Assembly (NCBI GenBank): GCA_051531975.1
Contig: JAOPTT010000006.1
Coordinates: 656 to 64,655, forward strand
Origin: Spirochaetaceae bacterium
Lineage (GTDB): Bacteria; Spirochaetota; Spirochaetia; DSM-2461
Direction of reading: 5' to 3'
Length of the DNA: 64,000 nucleotides
Under the pieces are notes generated by a model that saw only the letters and a list, made by a program, of their open reading frames with translations, did not search any database and was not told the origin of the DNA. Shown here piece by piece: positions 22,254 through 33,634 of this stretch (its first letter is position 1; each line of letters begins with the position of its first letter). A program made the position numbers and the translations under genes.

Positions 22254-22303
22254 AATTTATTTACACCATATTTGAATTTATATAAATATGGTGTAAATAA
22301 ATT
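22254..22303. repeat. Perfect 20-bp inverted repeat with 10-nt loop (terminator or operator)
   Basis: AATTTATTTACACCATATTT (22254-22273) / AAATATGGTGTAAATAAATT (22284-22303). Confidence 0.8.
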
Positions 22304-22338
22304 TATGGTAAAGGAATTATTTTATAAATTGAGGAAAA

Positions 22339-24210
22339 TTGGTGAAAATAACATATAAAATATTAATACCAACAATAATAATGCTTTTAATTTCAGTAAC
22401 CCTAATCTCATTTATTGGTTATACAAATATTACGAGAGAAATGGATGAAGTAATGAAGGTTACAACAGAAAATACACTTGATGATATAGTAACTCAAGTT
22501 AATAATGTGGATAAAGAATCAAAGGCTTTAAAGTTATCATTGAATAATGGATTTCTAAGAATAGCTAGATCTGTATCGGTTTTAATAGAGAGAGATGAGA
22601 GTATTCTCACAACGGATAATATGGTTGATCTTGTAAAAAAAATTGGAATAGATGAAATACATGTTATAGATAGTGATGGAGTATTATTTGCTGGATCTAT
22701 ACCAGGTTTTTATGGTTTTGATTTTAATACATCTGACCAAACAAAACCCTTTCTTAGAATGCTAAATGATAATACATATGAACTTGCACAAGATCCTGAA
22801 ATTCGTGCAGTGGATAGTGTTTTATTTCAATATATTGGAGTACCACTTAAAAATAGAGGTGGATTAGTCCAGATAGGAGTGCAACCAAAAGAGTTGCAGA
22901 CATTACTGGAAAGAAGCTCATTACAATACATTATAAAAAACCACCAATATAAATCCGGAGGGTATGCCTACGTTATTTCACCAGAAGAAGAAAAAACTAT
23001 AGCACATGTATATTCAGACAGAATTGGTACAGATATGATGTCTTTTGATTTTAGTCAAAAAATTATTGAGGAACAAAACGGTAGTTTTGAATATATTTAC
23101 AATGATGTTGACTTATTTACCAGTTTTAAACTGACTCCATCTGGGATTATTGTTACAGTCATACCAATAGATGTATACACCAAAAACCTTGGAACAGTTA
23201 TATTTTCTTTAATTTTAACTTCAGCTTTATCTCTAATAATACTTACAGGTGTAATGATTATTTTATTAAAAATTATAGTTTCACCAATTGGTATAGTTAA
23301 TTCAGCATTAGAAAAAATTGCTGCTGGTGATTTAAGTATTAATATTAGTAAGAAACTTCTCTCACAGAATGATGAAGTTGGAAATCTTGCAATATCACTT
23401 AATAGAATGATTGTAAAATTACATGAAGTTGTTATGAGTGTAAGAATTAGTTCGGATAATGTTGCATCCGGAAGTGGTCAACTAAGTGATACTGCAAATC
23501 AGATGTCACAAGGTGCTTCAGTGCAGGCTTCATCTATAGAAGAAGTTTCATCTTCTATGGAAGAGATGGTTTCTAACATTAGAAGAAATGCTGACAATTC
23601 AGCTCAAACTGACAAGATTGCAAGAAAATCAGCAGTAGATGCTAAAAATGGTGGAGATGCTGTAAATAAAACTGTTCAGGCTATGAAGGATATTGCTTCA
23701 AAAATTAATATTATAGAAGAGATTGCTAGAAATACAAATCTTCTTGCACTAAATGCTTCTATTGAAGCAGCTAGAGCTGGAGAGTATGGTAAAGGCTTTG
23801 CAGTTGTAGCATCAGAAGTAGGAAAACTTGCTGAGCGTAGTCAGTTGGCAGCTTCAGAGATTAATGAACTTGCCACAGGTAGTGTTCAAATAGCTGAAAA
23901 AGCCGGAATAACTATTAACGAGATGATCCCTGATATAATGCATACAGCAGAACTCATCCAAGAGATAAGTGCATCAAGTAATGAACAAAACGCAGGTTCA
24001 GACCAGATAAATCAAGCAATTATACAGTTAGATAAAGTAATTCAGCAAAATGCGGCAGTATCAGAAGAATCATCCGCCATGGCTGAAGAACTAAACAGTC
24101 AGGCTATGATTCTAGAAGATGTTATTAGCTTCTTTAAAATTGCAACGGCCTCTAATGATCAGGGTCAAAATATTGCTCTTTCAAATATGGAACCATTAAA
24201 ATTAAAATAA
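22339..24210 (+). CDS. MCP with Cache-like periplasmic sensor and HAMP, no pentapeptide
   Basis: TM1, DEIHVID…QYIGV…GYAYVI Cache-like region, TM2, HAMP DEVGNL, MCP tip. Confidence 0.9.
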   Translation: MVKITYKILIPTIIMLLISVTLISFIGYTNITREMDEVMKVTTENTLDDIVTQVNNVDKESKALKLSLNNGFLRIARSVSVLIERDESILTTDNMVDLVKKIGIDEIHVIDSDGVLFAGSIPGFYGFDFNTSDQTKPFLRMLNDNTYELAQDPEIRAVDSVLFQYIGVPLKNRGGLVQIGVQPKELQTLLERSSLQYIIKNHQYKSGGYAYVISPEEEKTIAHVYSDRIGTDMMSFDFSQKIIEEQNGSFEYIYNDVDLFTSFKLTPSGIIVTVIPIDVYTKNLGTVIFSLILTSALSLIILTGVMIILLKIIVSPIGIVNSALEKIAAGDLSINISKKLLSQNDEVGNLAISLNRMIVKLHEVVMSVRISSDNVASGSGQLSDTANQMSQGASVQASSIEEVSSSMEEMVSNIRRNADNSAQTDKIARKSAVDAKNGGDAVNKTVQAMKDIASKINIIEEIARNTNLLALNASIEAARAGEYGKGFAVVASEVGKLAERSQLAASEINELATGSVQIAEKAGITINEMIPDIMHTAELIQEISASSNEQNAGSDQINQAIIQLDKVIQQNAAVSEESSAMAEELNSQAMILEDVISFFKIATASNDQGQNIALSNMEPLKLK

Positions 24211-24223
24211 AAAATTAATTTGA

Positions 24224-24279
24224 GCACATTTCTTTGCTTTAACTGCAACATGTTTTGCAGTTAAAGCAAATTTAGTTGC
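24224..24279 (+). promoter_or_regulatory. Candidate upstream activator array (three boxes, 21-bp period), also forming a 16-bp perfect inverted repeat at 24233-24270
   Basis: GCACATTTCTTTGC(24224), GCAACATGTTTTGC(24245), GCAAATTTAGTTGC(24266); last GC is 42 bp before the -24 GG. Confidence 0.7.
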
Positions 24280-24317
24280 ATTTAAATTATTCTAAACCAT
24301 ATATTTTTGACTAATAG

Positions 24318-24334
24318 TTGGCATCAATATTGCA
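24318..24334 (+). promoter_or_regulatory. sigma54 (-24/-12) promoter of che cluster 1
   Basis: TTGGCATCAATATTGCA, GG-N10-GC. Confidence 0.82.
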
Positions 24335-24366
24335 TTCAATAGTTTATTGGTATATAGGAGTTATAA

Positions 24367-26376
24367 ATGAAATTAAAGTCAAAGATTATAATGGGTTTTA
24401 GCACAGTTATTATTATGCTGCTAATCGTAAGCATAGTTGCATTTGTAGCTTTAAGTGGAGCATCTCAAGGTTTCACAGAGTATAGGGGCCTAGCTAGGGA
24501 TACAAACCTTGCAGGAAGACTACAGGCTAATATGTTAATGGTTAGAATGAACGTAAAAGACTATATAATTACTGGAAGTCAAAAAGATCATGACCAGTAT
24601 ACAGATTATGTAGAAAAAATGAATGGATTTTTAGAAGAAGCTCAAGATGAAATACAAAAACCTGAACGAGCAGCCTTAGTAGACGATGTTGATGAAACAG
24701 TAGCATTATATGAATCTTCTTTTGATGAAGTAGTAGACTATAAGTCAGAAAGAGAGGAAATTGTAAATAATAATTTAAATATTAATGGTCCTACAATGGA
24801 AAATAAGCTATCAGAGATTATGGATTCAGCTAATGATGATGGAGATGTTGTAGTTACATATGCAGCCAGCGTTGCAACAAGGCATCTACTTCTTGCTAGA
24901 CTCTATGTTATTAAATATTTAGATAATAACAAAAAAGAGTATGCCGATAGAGTGGATTCTGAAATGAAAATACTTGATGAATATGTTGTTATTTTAAGAA
25001 ATGAGATAGATGATAATCATAGATTAAATCTACTTGTAGAAATGGATGAAATACACTCTGTTTACTGGGATGGATTTAAAAGATTAGTAACTGTAATAAC
25101 AAATAGAAATGATATTATAGATAATCAGTTAGATATCCATGGACCTGAAATTGCTGGTTGGGTTGAAGAAGTAAAGCTTTCAATCAAAGCTGATCAAGAT
25201 ACCTTAGGACCAAAGCTTCAAAGCAGTAATGCATTTTTCATTACTATTGTAGTTGTTGTTTCAATCATAGCTATATTAATTGGAATATTATTAGCACTGT
25301 TTATTACTACTAGTGTTTTAAAACAGTTAGGAGTAGATCCCGCAGAGATTGCAGAAATAGCAACTTCAATTGGAAAAGGTAATTTAAAAATTAACTTTGA
25401 TACAGGAAGAACCCTTGTAGGAGTACATCAATCTTTACATTCTATGGTACAAAAACTACAAGAGGTAGTGCAAAATGTACGGAATAGCTCAAATAATGTA
25501 GCATCTGGTAGTGGTCAACTTAGTGATACAGCAAATCAGATGTCCCAAGGAGCATCGGAACAGGCATCTTCAATCGAAGAGATCTCATCATCTATGGAAG
25601 AGATGGTATCAAATATTAAGCGTAATGCAGACAATTCAGCACAAACTGAAAAAATAGCAAGAAAATCCGCTATAGATGCTGAGAATGGTGGGGATGCTGT
25701 TAATAAAACCGTTGATGCAATGCGTCAAATTGCATCCAAAATAAATATAATTGAAGAGATCGCACGTAATACAAACCTATTAGCACTTAATGCCTCAATA
25801 GAAGCTGCTAGAGCCGGAGAGTACGGTAAAGGATTTGCTGTAGTAGCTTCAGAAGTTGGAAAATTAGCAGAGCGTAGTCAGTTAGCGGCTTCTGAAATAA
25901 ATGAATTAGCAAGTGGAAGTGTTAAGATTGCAGAAGATGCAGGAACTACAATCATGGCTATGATTCCGGATATTCAGCATACCGCAGAGTTAATTCAGGA
26001 AATAAGTGCTTCTAGTAATGAACAAAATTCAGGTGCGGAACAGATAAATCAAGCGATTATGCAGTTAGATAAAGTAATACAACAAAATGCAGCAGTATCT
26101 GAAGAATCATCTTCAATGGCTGAAGAGTTAAGTGGGCAATCTGAATTATTAAAAGAAGTAATAAGTTTCTTCAAAATGTCAAATTTAGATGAAGCCAAGT
26201 ATCAGAATAAAGCTATCTCAGGTATAAATTCTTCAAAATTAAAACCTAAACATAATGATACTGTGCAAAAGAAAATGTCTTTGGATATCAATAAAGGTTT
26301 GGATATTTCCTTAGATGGAGATGAACATTATACAGAGCATAACGATCTTTTAGATAAAGATTATGAGCAATTTTAG
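24367..26376 (+). CDS. MCP with large helical (HBM-like) sensor, pentapeptide DYEQF
   Basis: Two TM helices flanking ~255 aa helical domain; MCP tip. Confidence 0.92.
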   Translation: MKLKSKIIMGFSTVIIMLLIVSIVAFVALSGASQGFTEYRGLARDTNLAGRLQANMLMVRMNVKDYIITGSQKDHDQYTDYVEKMNGFLEEAQDEIQKPERAALVDDVDETVALYESSFDEVVDYKSEREEIVNNNLNINGPTMENKLSEIMDSANDDGDVVVTYAASVATRHLLLARLYVIKYLDNNKKEYADRVDSEMKILDEYVVILRNEIDDNHRLNLLVEMDEIHSVYWDGFKRLVTVITNRNDIIDNQLDIHGPEIAGWVEEVKLSIKADQDTLGPKLQSSNAFFITIVVVVSIIAILIGILLALFITTSVLKQLGVDPAEIAEIATSIGKGNLKINFDTGRTLVGVHQSLHSMVQKLQEVVQNVRNSSNNVASGSGQLSDTANQMSQGASEQASSIEEISSSMEEMVSNIKRNADNSAQTEKIARKSAIDAENGGDAVNKTVDAMRQIASKINIIEEIARNTNLLALNASIEAARAGEYGKGFAVVASEVGKLAERSQLAASEINELASGSVKIAEDAGTTIMAMIPDIQHTAELIQEISASSNEQNSGAEQINQAIMQLDKVIQQNAAVSEESSSMAEELSGQSELLKEVISFFKMSNLDEAKYQNKAISGINSSKLKPKHNDTVQKKMSLDINKGLDISLDGDEHYTEHNDLLDKDYEQF

Positions 26377-26385
26377 GAGATATAA

Positions 26386-26895
26386 GTGAGTGATGTCAGC
26401 GAATTATTAATTAATCAGTATTTATCTTTTACATTAGGAAAAGAAAAATATGGAATAAATATAACAAATGCCAGAGAGGTTCTTGAAGCTACTGAACTTA
26501 CAAAAGTTCCAAGAATGCCAGAGTTTATGTGTGGTGTAATTAACTTAAGAGGTAGTGTAGTTCCAGTTATAGATCTTAAGTCCAAATTTAAAATGGGCAA
26601 TACAGGTGACAATGAAAAAAATAATATCATTGTTACCGAAATAGATGAACTTGATGGTGGAGGTGAGAAACTTACTATAGGTATTTACACAGATTCTGTT
26701 CAAAAAGTTCTGACTATTGAACCTGATGATATAGAAGCCGCACCTAAAATAGGTATTCAAATAAATACAGAATTTATTCACGGTATGGGAAAAGTTAACG
26801 ATGAGTTTGTAATCCTGTTAAATATTAATAAGATATTAAATAGTAACGATCTAAATGTTATTAATAATCATGATGATGAAATAGACGAGGAATAA
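26386..26895 (+). CDS. cheW: CheW
   Basis: Near-identical to the 21661 CheW; GTG start. Confidence 0.93.
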   Translation: MSDVSELLINQYLSFTLGKEKYGINITNAREVLEATELTKVPRMPEFMCGVINLRGSVVPVIDLKSKFKMGNTGDNEKNNIIVTEIDELDGGGEKLTIGIYTDSVQKVLTIEPDDIEAAPKIGIQINTEFIHGMGKVNDEFVILLNINKILNSNDLNVINNHDDEIDEE

Positions 26896-26896
26896 G

Positions 26897-27220
26897 ATGC
26901 CAAAAAAAACTGATAATGTTGTTGTAATAACAGATGACTTAATAATTAATCATGTTGATGAAATTAGAGAACTTTTAATAAAAACTTTAAAAAAACAAAA
27001 AAAATTAGAAGTTGTTCTCTCTTCTATTAATAGAATTGATATCTCTGGATTACAACTACTTGTCAGTTTAAGCAATGAAGCCTTTTTAGCAAAAAAAGAA
27101 ATCCTTTATTCTGGTGTATTTAAGGATAGCTTTTTGTTTGATATCAATAAAGTTTCTTTTGCTCAAAATATTTTGACAAATGCAGAGGACTTACAAAATT
27201 TTATAAAGGATGTAGTTTAG
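26897..27220 (+). CDS. STAS domain protein
   Basis: LSSINRIDISGLQLL STAS motif; directly upstream of cheA. Confidence 0.78.
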   Translation: MPKKTDNVVVITDDLIINHVDEIRELLIKTLKKQKKLEVVLSSINRIDISGLQLLVSLSNEAFLAKKEILYSGVFKDSFLFDINKVSFAQNILTNAEDLQNFIKDVV

Positions 27221-27230
27221 AAGGTAAAAT

Positions 27231-29318
27231 ATGGATGAAGTAAATTTTATAAATATATTTAAAGAAGAAGCATTAGAACTCTTAGGGAATTTAGAAGATT
27301 TTCTTCTTGAATTAGAGTCAAATCCAGATGATGAAGAGTTAATATCTGCAGTGTTTAGAGCAATGCATACTGTTAAGGGTTCTGCAGGTATGGTTGGTTT
27401 AAATAATATCTCTACATTTACACATGAAGTTGAATCAATTCTTGAATCAATAAGATCTGGTAAGGCTAAGGTTAATAAGGATTTTATAGATTATACATTA
27501 AAATCTAGGGATATTATATTAACAATGATCAATGATTCAGGATATATATTTCCAGATCAAGATTCATTCTTCTTAGAATTTAAAAAGTCTTTAAATATTA
27601 AGGATGAAGATGAATTAGATAATAATAACAAAGAACCTCAACTAGATAATCAAGAACCAAAAATATATAAAATTACATTTAAACCAGAACCACGAATATT
27701 TTTCTCAGGAACCAACCCTGTAGCATTAGTACATGAAGTTCTTGAATTTGGAGAGGGTATAGTAATTCCCCATTACAAAAAAATTCCATCAATATCAGAA
27801 ATACATACTGAAGAGTGTTATGTTTATTGGGATATCTATGTTTCAACATTAAAAAATATTAATAAAATACAGGAAGTTTTTATATTTATTGATGATCAAT
27901 CTGAATTAATAATTGAAGAATGGAATTTTGATAATGATGAAGAAATACCGGAAAAACTTGGAAATATTTTAGTAAAAAGTGGTAGTATAAATCAGAAAGA
28001 ATTAGACATTGCATTAAAAGCACAATATAAACTTGGAGAAATTCTTGTTAACGAGAGTATGTTATCCGAACATGAAGTTAAAAATGCTTTAAAAACGCAA
28101 AATTTTATAAATAAGAGCAAATCGAATAAGATAGATTTATTAAAGGGTGTTACAGATAATATTAAAGTAAGTTCTAATAAACTTGATAGTTTAATTGATC
28201 TTGTTGGTGAAATTGTAACTATATATGCACAGATGTTACAGATGAGTCACGAATCTAGTGATACAAAACTAATAGCGATTATTGAAAGATTTGGTCTCTT
28301 AACCGAAGAGTTAAGGGATAATTCCATGAGTATGAGAATGTTGCCTATAGGTTCTACATTTTCTAGATTTAGACGTCTTGTCAGAGATTTATCAGGAGAA
28401 TTAGGGAAAAAGATAGAGTTGATAACAGAAGGTGCTGATACAGAACTTGATAAAAATGTAATAGAGCAATTACATGATCCCCTTGTTCATATTATAAGAA
28501 ATTGTATCGACCATGGTATAGAACACCCGGATTTAAGGGTCAAAAACGGTAAAAAGGAAACAGGAACAATAAAGTTGTCTGCAATACATGCAGGAGCATC
28601 TGTACAGATTATAATTGAAGATGATGGTGGTGGTCTAAGTAGAGACAAAATATTAAAAAAAGCTATTTCAAAAGGACTTGTTAAGAGTGATATTGATTAT
28701 TCAGATGAAGAGCTCTTTAACCTTATTTTTTCTCCAGGATTTTCTACTGCTACGAGTATAACTAATGTCTCAGGTAGAGGTGTTGGGCTTGATGTTGTAA
28801 AAAAACAGATAGAACAACTTAAAGGTCATGTCTCTATTACAAGTGAGGAAGGGGTGTATACAAAAATAACCCTGGTATTACCTATAACTCTAGCTATTAT
28901 TGAAGGACTGTTAGTAAAAATTGCTGGAGACTCATATGTTATACCACTAAGCAGTGTTGAAGCCTGTGTTGAATTAAAAAAGGAAAATAAAGATTTTAAT
29001 TCTGGAAAACATGTTATAACTTTTAGGGATAAACTTGTACCGTATATAGATTTAAGAACATTTTTTGATGTTAAAAGTGAGCGTGAATCTATTGAACAAA
29101 TAGTTATTGTTAATTCAAACAGTTCACAGATAGGTCTATTGGTTGATACTGTAGTCGGTGGTAATCAGACTGTTATTAAACCACTTGGTTCAATGTATCA
29201 ACATATAAAAGAGATATCCGGAGCTGCAATTTTAGGTAATGGTTCTGTAGCATTGGTATTTGATATAGAACAACTTGTTAAGGTTGTTCAAGATTTAGAG
29301 GAATGTTATGACATATGA
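27231..29318 (+). CDS. cheA: Chemotaxis histidine kinase CheA
   Basis: Hpt FRAMHTVKG; LIDLVGE; HIIRNCIDHGIE; DDGGG; VSGRGVGLDVV; C-terminal CheW-like domain. Confidence 0.96.
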   Translation: MDEVNFINIFKEEALELLGNLEDFLLELESNPDDEELISAVFRAMHTVKGSAGMVGLNNISTFTHEVESILESIRSGKAKVNKDFIDYTLKSRDIILTMINDSGYIFPDQDSFFLEFKKSLNIKDEDELDNNNKEPQLDNQEPKIYKITFKPEPRIFFSGTNPVALVHEVLEFGEGIVIPHYKKIPSISEIHTEECYVYWDIYVSTLKNINKIQEVFIFIDDQSELIIEEWNFDNDEEIPEKLGNILVKSGSINQKELDIALKAQYKLGEILVNESMLSEHEVKNALKTQNFINKSKSNKIDLLKGVTDNIKVSSNKLDSLIDLVGEIVTIYAQMLQMSHESSDTKLIAIIERFGLLTEELRDNSMSMRMLPIGSTFSRFRRLVRDLSGELGKKIELITEGADTELDKNVIEQLHDPLVHIIRNCIDHGIEHPDLRVKNGKKETGTIKLSAIHAGASVQIIIEDDGGGLSRDKILKKAISKGLVKSDIDYSDEELFNLIFSPGFSTATSITNVSGRGVGLDVVKKQIEQLKGHVSITSEEGVYTKITLVLPITLAIIEGLLVKIAGDSYVIPLSSVEACVELKKENKDFNSGKHVITFRDKLVPYIDLRTFFDVKSERESIEQIVIVNSNSSQIGLLVDTVVGGNQTVIKPLGSMYQHIKEISGAAILGNGSVALVFDIEQLVKVVQDLEECYDI

Positions 29319-30174
29319 TCTTCTAGAAAAAAATATGTCTAATAAAACATTTCAACTTTTCAGAGATTTTATTCAGACACATATTGGAATAACTATAGCT
29401 GACTCTAAAAAAATTATGGTTGAATCTAGGCTGTTAAAAAGATTAAAGGCACTAAACTATACCAACTATAGTGAATATGCTGACTATTTTTTTAGTCCAA
29501 AAGGGCAAATGAATGAATTAGCCAGGTTCATTGAGTGTATAACAACAAATAAAACAGATTTTTTTAGAGAAGTTGAACATTTTAACTTCCTTTCAAACCA
29601 TGTATTACCAGAATTAATAGAAATGAAGTTACATGGAGAAATAAGATTGTGGTCAGGAGCATCATCAACTGGTGAAGAAGCATATACAATGGCTATGTTC
29701 ATGGAAGAGTTCCTTGAAAAACATCCTAGTAATAAATATAAAATTCTAGCTACTGATATTTCAGAAGAAGTGCTAGATAAGGGTCAAAAAGCAATTTATT
29801 CAATTAATGATTGTTATCCAATTCCTATAAATTTCAAAAAAAAATATTGCCTGATGAGTAGAAACCGTGATATTCCCACAATTAGAATTAACAAATATCT
29901 AAGAAAAAAAGTTCTATTTAGACAAATTAATTTAACAGCGGATTCATATATGATAAAAAAACAATATCATGTAATATTTTTGAGAAATGTGATGATCTAT
30001 TTTAATAAGGAGATACAAAGTAAAATCCTTAATAATTTGTATAAACACCTGCACCCTGAAGGATATCTTTTTTTAGGGCATTCTGAAAATTTACCTAATA
30101 CTTCAATTCCTTTTAAAAGGGTGGGCCCCTCAATATATGTAAAAAAGGAGAAAATAATTAATGGACAAAATTAA
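29308..30174 (+). CDS. cheR: CheR methyltransferase
   Basis: [41 protein letters not shown]. Confidence 0.95.
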   Translation: MTYDLLEKNMSNKTFQLFRDFIQTHIGITIADSKKIMVESRLLKRLKALNYTNYSEYADYFFSPKGQMNELARFIECITTNKTDFFREVEHFNFLSNHVLPELIEMKLHGEIRLWSGASSTGEEAYTMAMFMEEFLEKHPSNKYKILATDISEEVLDKGQKAIYSINDCYPIPINFKKKYCLMSRNRDIPTIRINKYLRKKVLFRQINLTADSYMIKKQYHVIFLRNVMIYFNKEIQSKILNNLYKHLHPEGYLFLGHSENLPNTSIPFKRVGPSIYVKKEKIINGQN

Positions 30175-31219
30175 TATAATGATTATTGATGATTCTGCAG
30201 TAGTTCGAGGAGTTTTAACAAAACTAATATCCTCTGAAAAGGATATTAATCTACTGTGTACAGCAGCAGATCCTTATATTGCAGTAAAAAAACTTAGAGA
30301 GATGGTCCCAGATGTAATTATTCTTGATATAGAAATGCCAAGAATGGATGGATTAACTTTTTTAAAAAAACTTATGAGTCAACATCCCATTCCTGTAATT
30401 ATATGCAGTAGTAAAACTGAGGCTGGTTCTGCAAATGTATTAAATGCACTGGAATTCGGAGCTGTGGATATAATTAAAAAACCCCAGATAGGGACAAAAC
30501 AATTTTTAGAAGAGTCTAGAGATTTAATTTGTGATGCTATTAGGGCTGCAAGCCAGACAAATATTAATAAAATAGTTAAGCCTATAGAAGTAACCAAAAA
30601 ATTAAACGCTGATGTTATAATTGCAAAACCTACAACTTTGAACTCTATAGACACAACAGAACAAATAATTGTTGTAGGTGCTTCTACTGGAGGTACAGTA
30701 GCTTTAAAAATATTCCTTGAATCTCTACCATTAGATTCACCAGGCGTTGTTATTGTACAACACATGCCTGAAAACTTTACTGCTGCATTTGCAGAAAGAT
30801 TAAATGAGTCTTGTACCATACAAGTCAAAGAAGCTAAAAACAATGACTCGGTATTAAGAGGTTCTGCTCTAATTGCTCCAGGGAACAAACATACTCTCTT
30901 AAAGAGAAGTGGAAGCAGGTATTATGTTGAAATAGTAGGTGGTCCTTTAGTCTCTAGGCATAGACCCTCTGTTGATGTTTTATTTAGATCTACAGCAAGA
31001 TACGCTGGACAAAATGCCATTGGAGTTATTATGACTGGTATGGGGGATGATGGTGCTCAGGGTTTGCTAGAGATGAAAACAGCTGGATCTTATACTATTG
31101 CCCAGGATGAAAAAAGTTGTGTTGTATTTGGAATGCCTAAAGAAGCAATAAAAAAAGATGCCCACTGTGCTATTGTTCAGCTAAACAATATTTCAAATCA
31201 CATTCTAAGTAAAATATAA
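30161..31219 (+). CDS. cheB: CheB methylesterase (REC-CheB)
   Basis: [29 protein letters not shown]. Confidence 0.96.
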   Translation: MDKINIMIIDDSAVVRGVLTKLISSEKDINLLCTAADPYIAVKKLREMVPDVIILDIEMPRMDGLTFLKKLMSQHPIPVIICSSKTEAGSANVLNALEFGAVDIIKKPQIGTKQFLEESRDLICDAIRAASQTNINKIVKPIEVTKKLNADVIIAKPTTLNSIDTTEQIIVVGASTGGTVALKIFLESLPLDSPGVVIVQHMPENFTAAFAERLNESCTIQVKEAKNNDSVLRGSALIAPGNKHTLLKRSGSRYYVEIVGGPLVSRHRPSVDVLFRSTARYAGQNAIGVIMTGMGDDGAQGLLEMKTAGSYTIAQDEKSCVVFGMPKEAIKKDAHCAIVQLNNISNHILSKI

Positions 31220-31247
31220 TTATATAAAGTAGTGAAGGTTAGTAATA

Positions 31248-32819
31248 ATGAATCTTGAAATTAAAAAATCAACAAACTCAAATATTATTCAAGGTTATCC
31301 ATTGGAAACTGTAAAAAAGCTTGAAATAGGTATAGAAAATAGTCCAGTTTCAATAATTATAACTGATAAAAATGGCTTAATTGAATATGTAAATAGAAAA
31401 TTTTGTACTATAACTGAGTATTGCAAAGAAGAAGTAATAGGAAAAAATCCCAATATCTTAAAAAGTGATTATCATGATGATGAATTTTATAAGTATATGT
31501 GGAAATTAATAAAAAGCGGAAAAGAGTGGAAAGGTATAATAAAAAATAGAAAAAAAAGAGGAGATCTGTTTTGGGAAGAAGCTAATATTACCCCAATTTT
31601 TGGCAGTGATAATATCATAAGTAATTATATATGTACAAAACATGATATATCATTAGAAGTAAAACAAGAACAGGAAATCAAAACTTTAAAGGAAGTTTTA
31701 AAACATAAAAATAAAATAGATGCAGTAGGTCAATTAGCTGGTGTAATTGCACATGATTTTAATAATATATTAAGTGGAATAATAAATTTAGCAGAATTAC
31801 TTAAAATAGGAACAGACAGTTTTAACCAAAAAGAAATTGATTATATAGATCTTATTTTACAATCTGCAGATGACGCAACAAATTTGACACAAATACTGGA
31901 ATCATTAAATAATAGGCTAGATATTAAATTAAAAGAATTAGACATATCAGAATTCTTAGATAATTTTATGGATAGTTTACGTTATACCTTAGAAGATAAA
32001 TATCATATAGAATATATTAATAAATATAGTAGTATTTTTATTAATGGGAATTGTTCTGAATTATTAACTTCTTTAAGTAATATTATTGAAAATGCTACTA
32101 GCTCCATGAAAAATGGTGGTGAAATAACAATAGAATTGGATTTAATAGAATTAGATAAAAAAGAATGCTTAAATTTTATAAATTCTGTCTCTCCTGGTAG
32201 ATATTGTTCTATCTCAATTAGTGATAATGGCCATGGTATTTCTTTAGAAAAAATGCAAAATATTTTTAATCCATTTTTTAAAATAAACTCAAATAAAAAA
32301 TTATCTGGATTAGGTTTATATACAGTAAATGGCTGTTTAAAAGATCATAATGGTGCTGTAAATATAAAAAGTATTTTAGATAAAGGAACTACTGTTACCT
32401 TATACTTTCCAATAACTGATAATAGTGGAAACACCAAAATAGCCCCCCCTAACTATTTATGTAAAACAATCCTATTAGTAGATGATGAAAAAATTAATAG
32501 AATTACGGGGAAAGATTTATTAGAACATATTGGATTTAAAGTTTTGTTAGCGTCTGATGGTGATGAGGCTGTAAAAATATATAGTAAAAAACATTTAAGT
32601 ATTGATTTAGTTTTAATTGATATGGTAATGCCAAAAATGAATGGTTTTGATGCATTTAATGCCATGAAAAATATTGATCATAAATGCAAAGGTATAATTT
32701 TATCAGGATATTTAGATTATGTAAAAATACAAGATTTAATCGATAGCGGTATCTTAGCCATTTTAAGTAAACCTTACAGTATTAATGAACTTGAGCAAGT
32801 AATTAATGAAAATATATAA
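31248..32819 (+). CDS. Cytoplasmic PAS-histidine kinase-REC hybrid
   Basis: PAS (ITDKNGLIEYVN), IAHDFNNIL, DNGHGI, GLGL, C-terminal REC IDMVMP. Confidence 0.88.
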   Translation: MNLEIKKSTNSNIIQGYPLETVKKLEIGIENSPVSIIITDKNGLIEYVNRKFCTITEYCKEEVIGKNPNILKSDYHDDEFYKYMWKLIKSGKEWKGIIKNRKKRGDLFWEEANITPIFGSDNIISNYICTKHDISLEVKQEQEIKTLKEVLKHKNKIDAVGQLAGVIAHDFNNILSGIINLAELLKIGTDSFNQKEIDYIDLILQSADDATNLTQILESLNNRLDIKLKELDISEFLDNFMDSLRYTLEDKYHIEYINKYSSIFINGNCSELLTSLSNIIENATSSMKNGGEITIELDLIELDKKECLNFINSVSPGRYCSISISDNGHGISLEKMQNIFNPFFKINSNKKLSGLGLYTVNGCLKDHNGAVNIKSILDKGTTVTLYFPITDNSGNTKIAPPNYLCKTILLVDDEKINRITGKDLLEHIGFKVLLASDGDEAVKIYSKKHLSIDLVLIDMVMPKMNGFDAFNAMKNIDHKCKGIILSGYLDYVKIQDLIDSGILAILSKPYSINELEQVINENI

Positions 32820-32932
32820 ATGAAAAAAATTGTTATATAAATTGGAAAGTTTATAGGATTAATGAAGGAATAATTAAGTGAGTTTAAGTTGGAATTACCC
32901 CAATGGCATATTTTTAATAAAGGATAAACTTT

Positions 32933-33517
32933 ATGAATAAAAAGTTTTATAGAAAGTCAAATATTAAAACAATTTATTCTGGAGAATACTATGTTACTAA
33001 GAAAAATGAAATAATATCAACTGTACTTGGTTCATGTATCTCCGTATGTTTATACGATAAAGTTAATAATATTTGTGGTATAAATCATTTTATGTTGCCC
33101 AAAAATTCCATTATAAATTTTATTGAAAAACAATATGAATTTAAAAGTGAGTTTTTGAGCAGTAATTCATTACGTTATGGAATAAATTCTATGGAAATAC
33201 TAATAAATAAAATATTAGCTATGGGTGGCGAGAAAAAATACATAACAGCAAAAGTATTTGGTGGGGGAAATGTTATAATACATGATCAAAATAAAAAAAC
33301 TATAGGAGAACAAAATATAGACTTCATATTAGGCTTTTTAAAAGCTGAAAATATTGAAATCTTAAACAAGAATATTGGAGGTTGTATAGGTCGTAAACTT
33401 CTATATAATACTAAAAATAATTCTGTTTATATTAAAAAAATTCCTATCATGAATATAGAGAAAATAGAAGCAAACCCAATCAATATAGAGGCTGCAGGAA
33501 GTATTACAATATTTTAG
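32933..33517 (+). CDS. cheD: Chemoreceptor glutamine deamidase CheD
   Basis: TVLGSCISVCL, GINHFMLP, RYG, AKVFGGG. Confidence 0.93.
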   Translation: MNKKFYRKSNIKTIYSGEYYVTKKNEIISTVLGSCISVCLYDKVNNICGINHFMLPKNSIINFIEKQYEFKSEFLSSNSLRYGINSMEILINKILAMGGEKKYITAKVFGGGNVIIHDQNKKTIGEQNIDFILGFLKAENIEILNKNIGGCIGRKLLYNTKNNSVYIKKIPIMNIEKIEANPINIEAAGSITIF

Positions 33518-33540
33518 TGATCTCTAACGATAATATCTTT

Positions 33541-33596
33541 GCAATAATAGTTGCGTGAATATTCTAATATGTTGCTAATAAAGCAATAATTGTTGC
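33541..33596 (+). promoter_or_regulatory. Candidate upstream activator array (three boxes, 21-bp period)
   Basis: GCAATAATAGTTGC(33541), TTCTAATATGTTGC(33562), GCAATAATTGTTGC(33583); last GC is 42 bp before the -24 GG. Confidence 0.68.
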
Positions 33597-33634
33597 ACTT
33601 CATCAATTATTTCACCTATTTATATAATCAGAAC

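Noticed and set aside
24233..24270. 16-bp inverted repeat as only a terminator of the 22339 MCP
   Set aside because: Its GC positions match the triple-box array seen at three other promoters; a dual role remains possible.
30379..30888. 169-aa antisense ORF in cheB, plus other short antisense ORFs (e.g. 38005-38406, 41954-42334, 50882-51316)
   Set aside because: They lie opposite well-supported genes, have no recognisable motifs and are typical shadow ORFs.
32904..32920. TGGCATATTTTTAATA upstream of cheD as a sigma54 promoter
   Set aside because: It has a -24-like element only, with no GC at -12; at most a relic.
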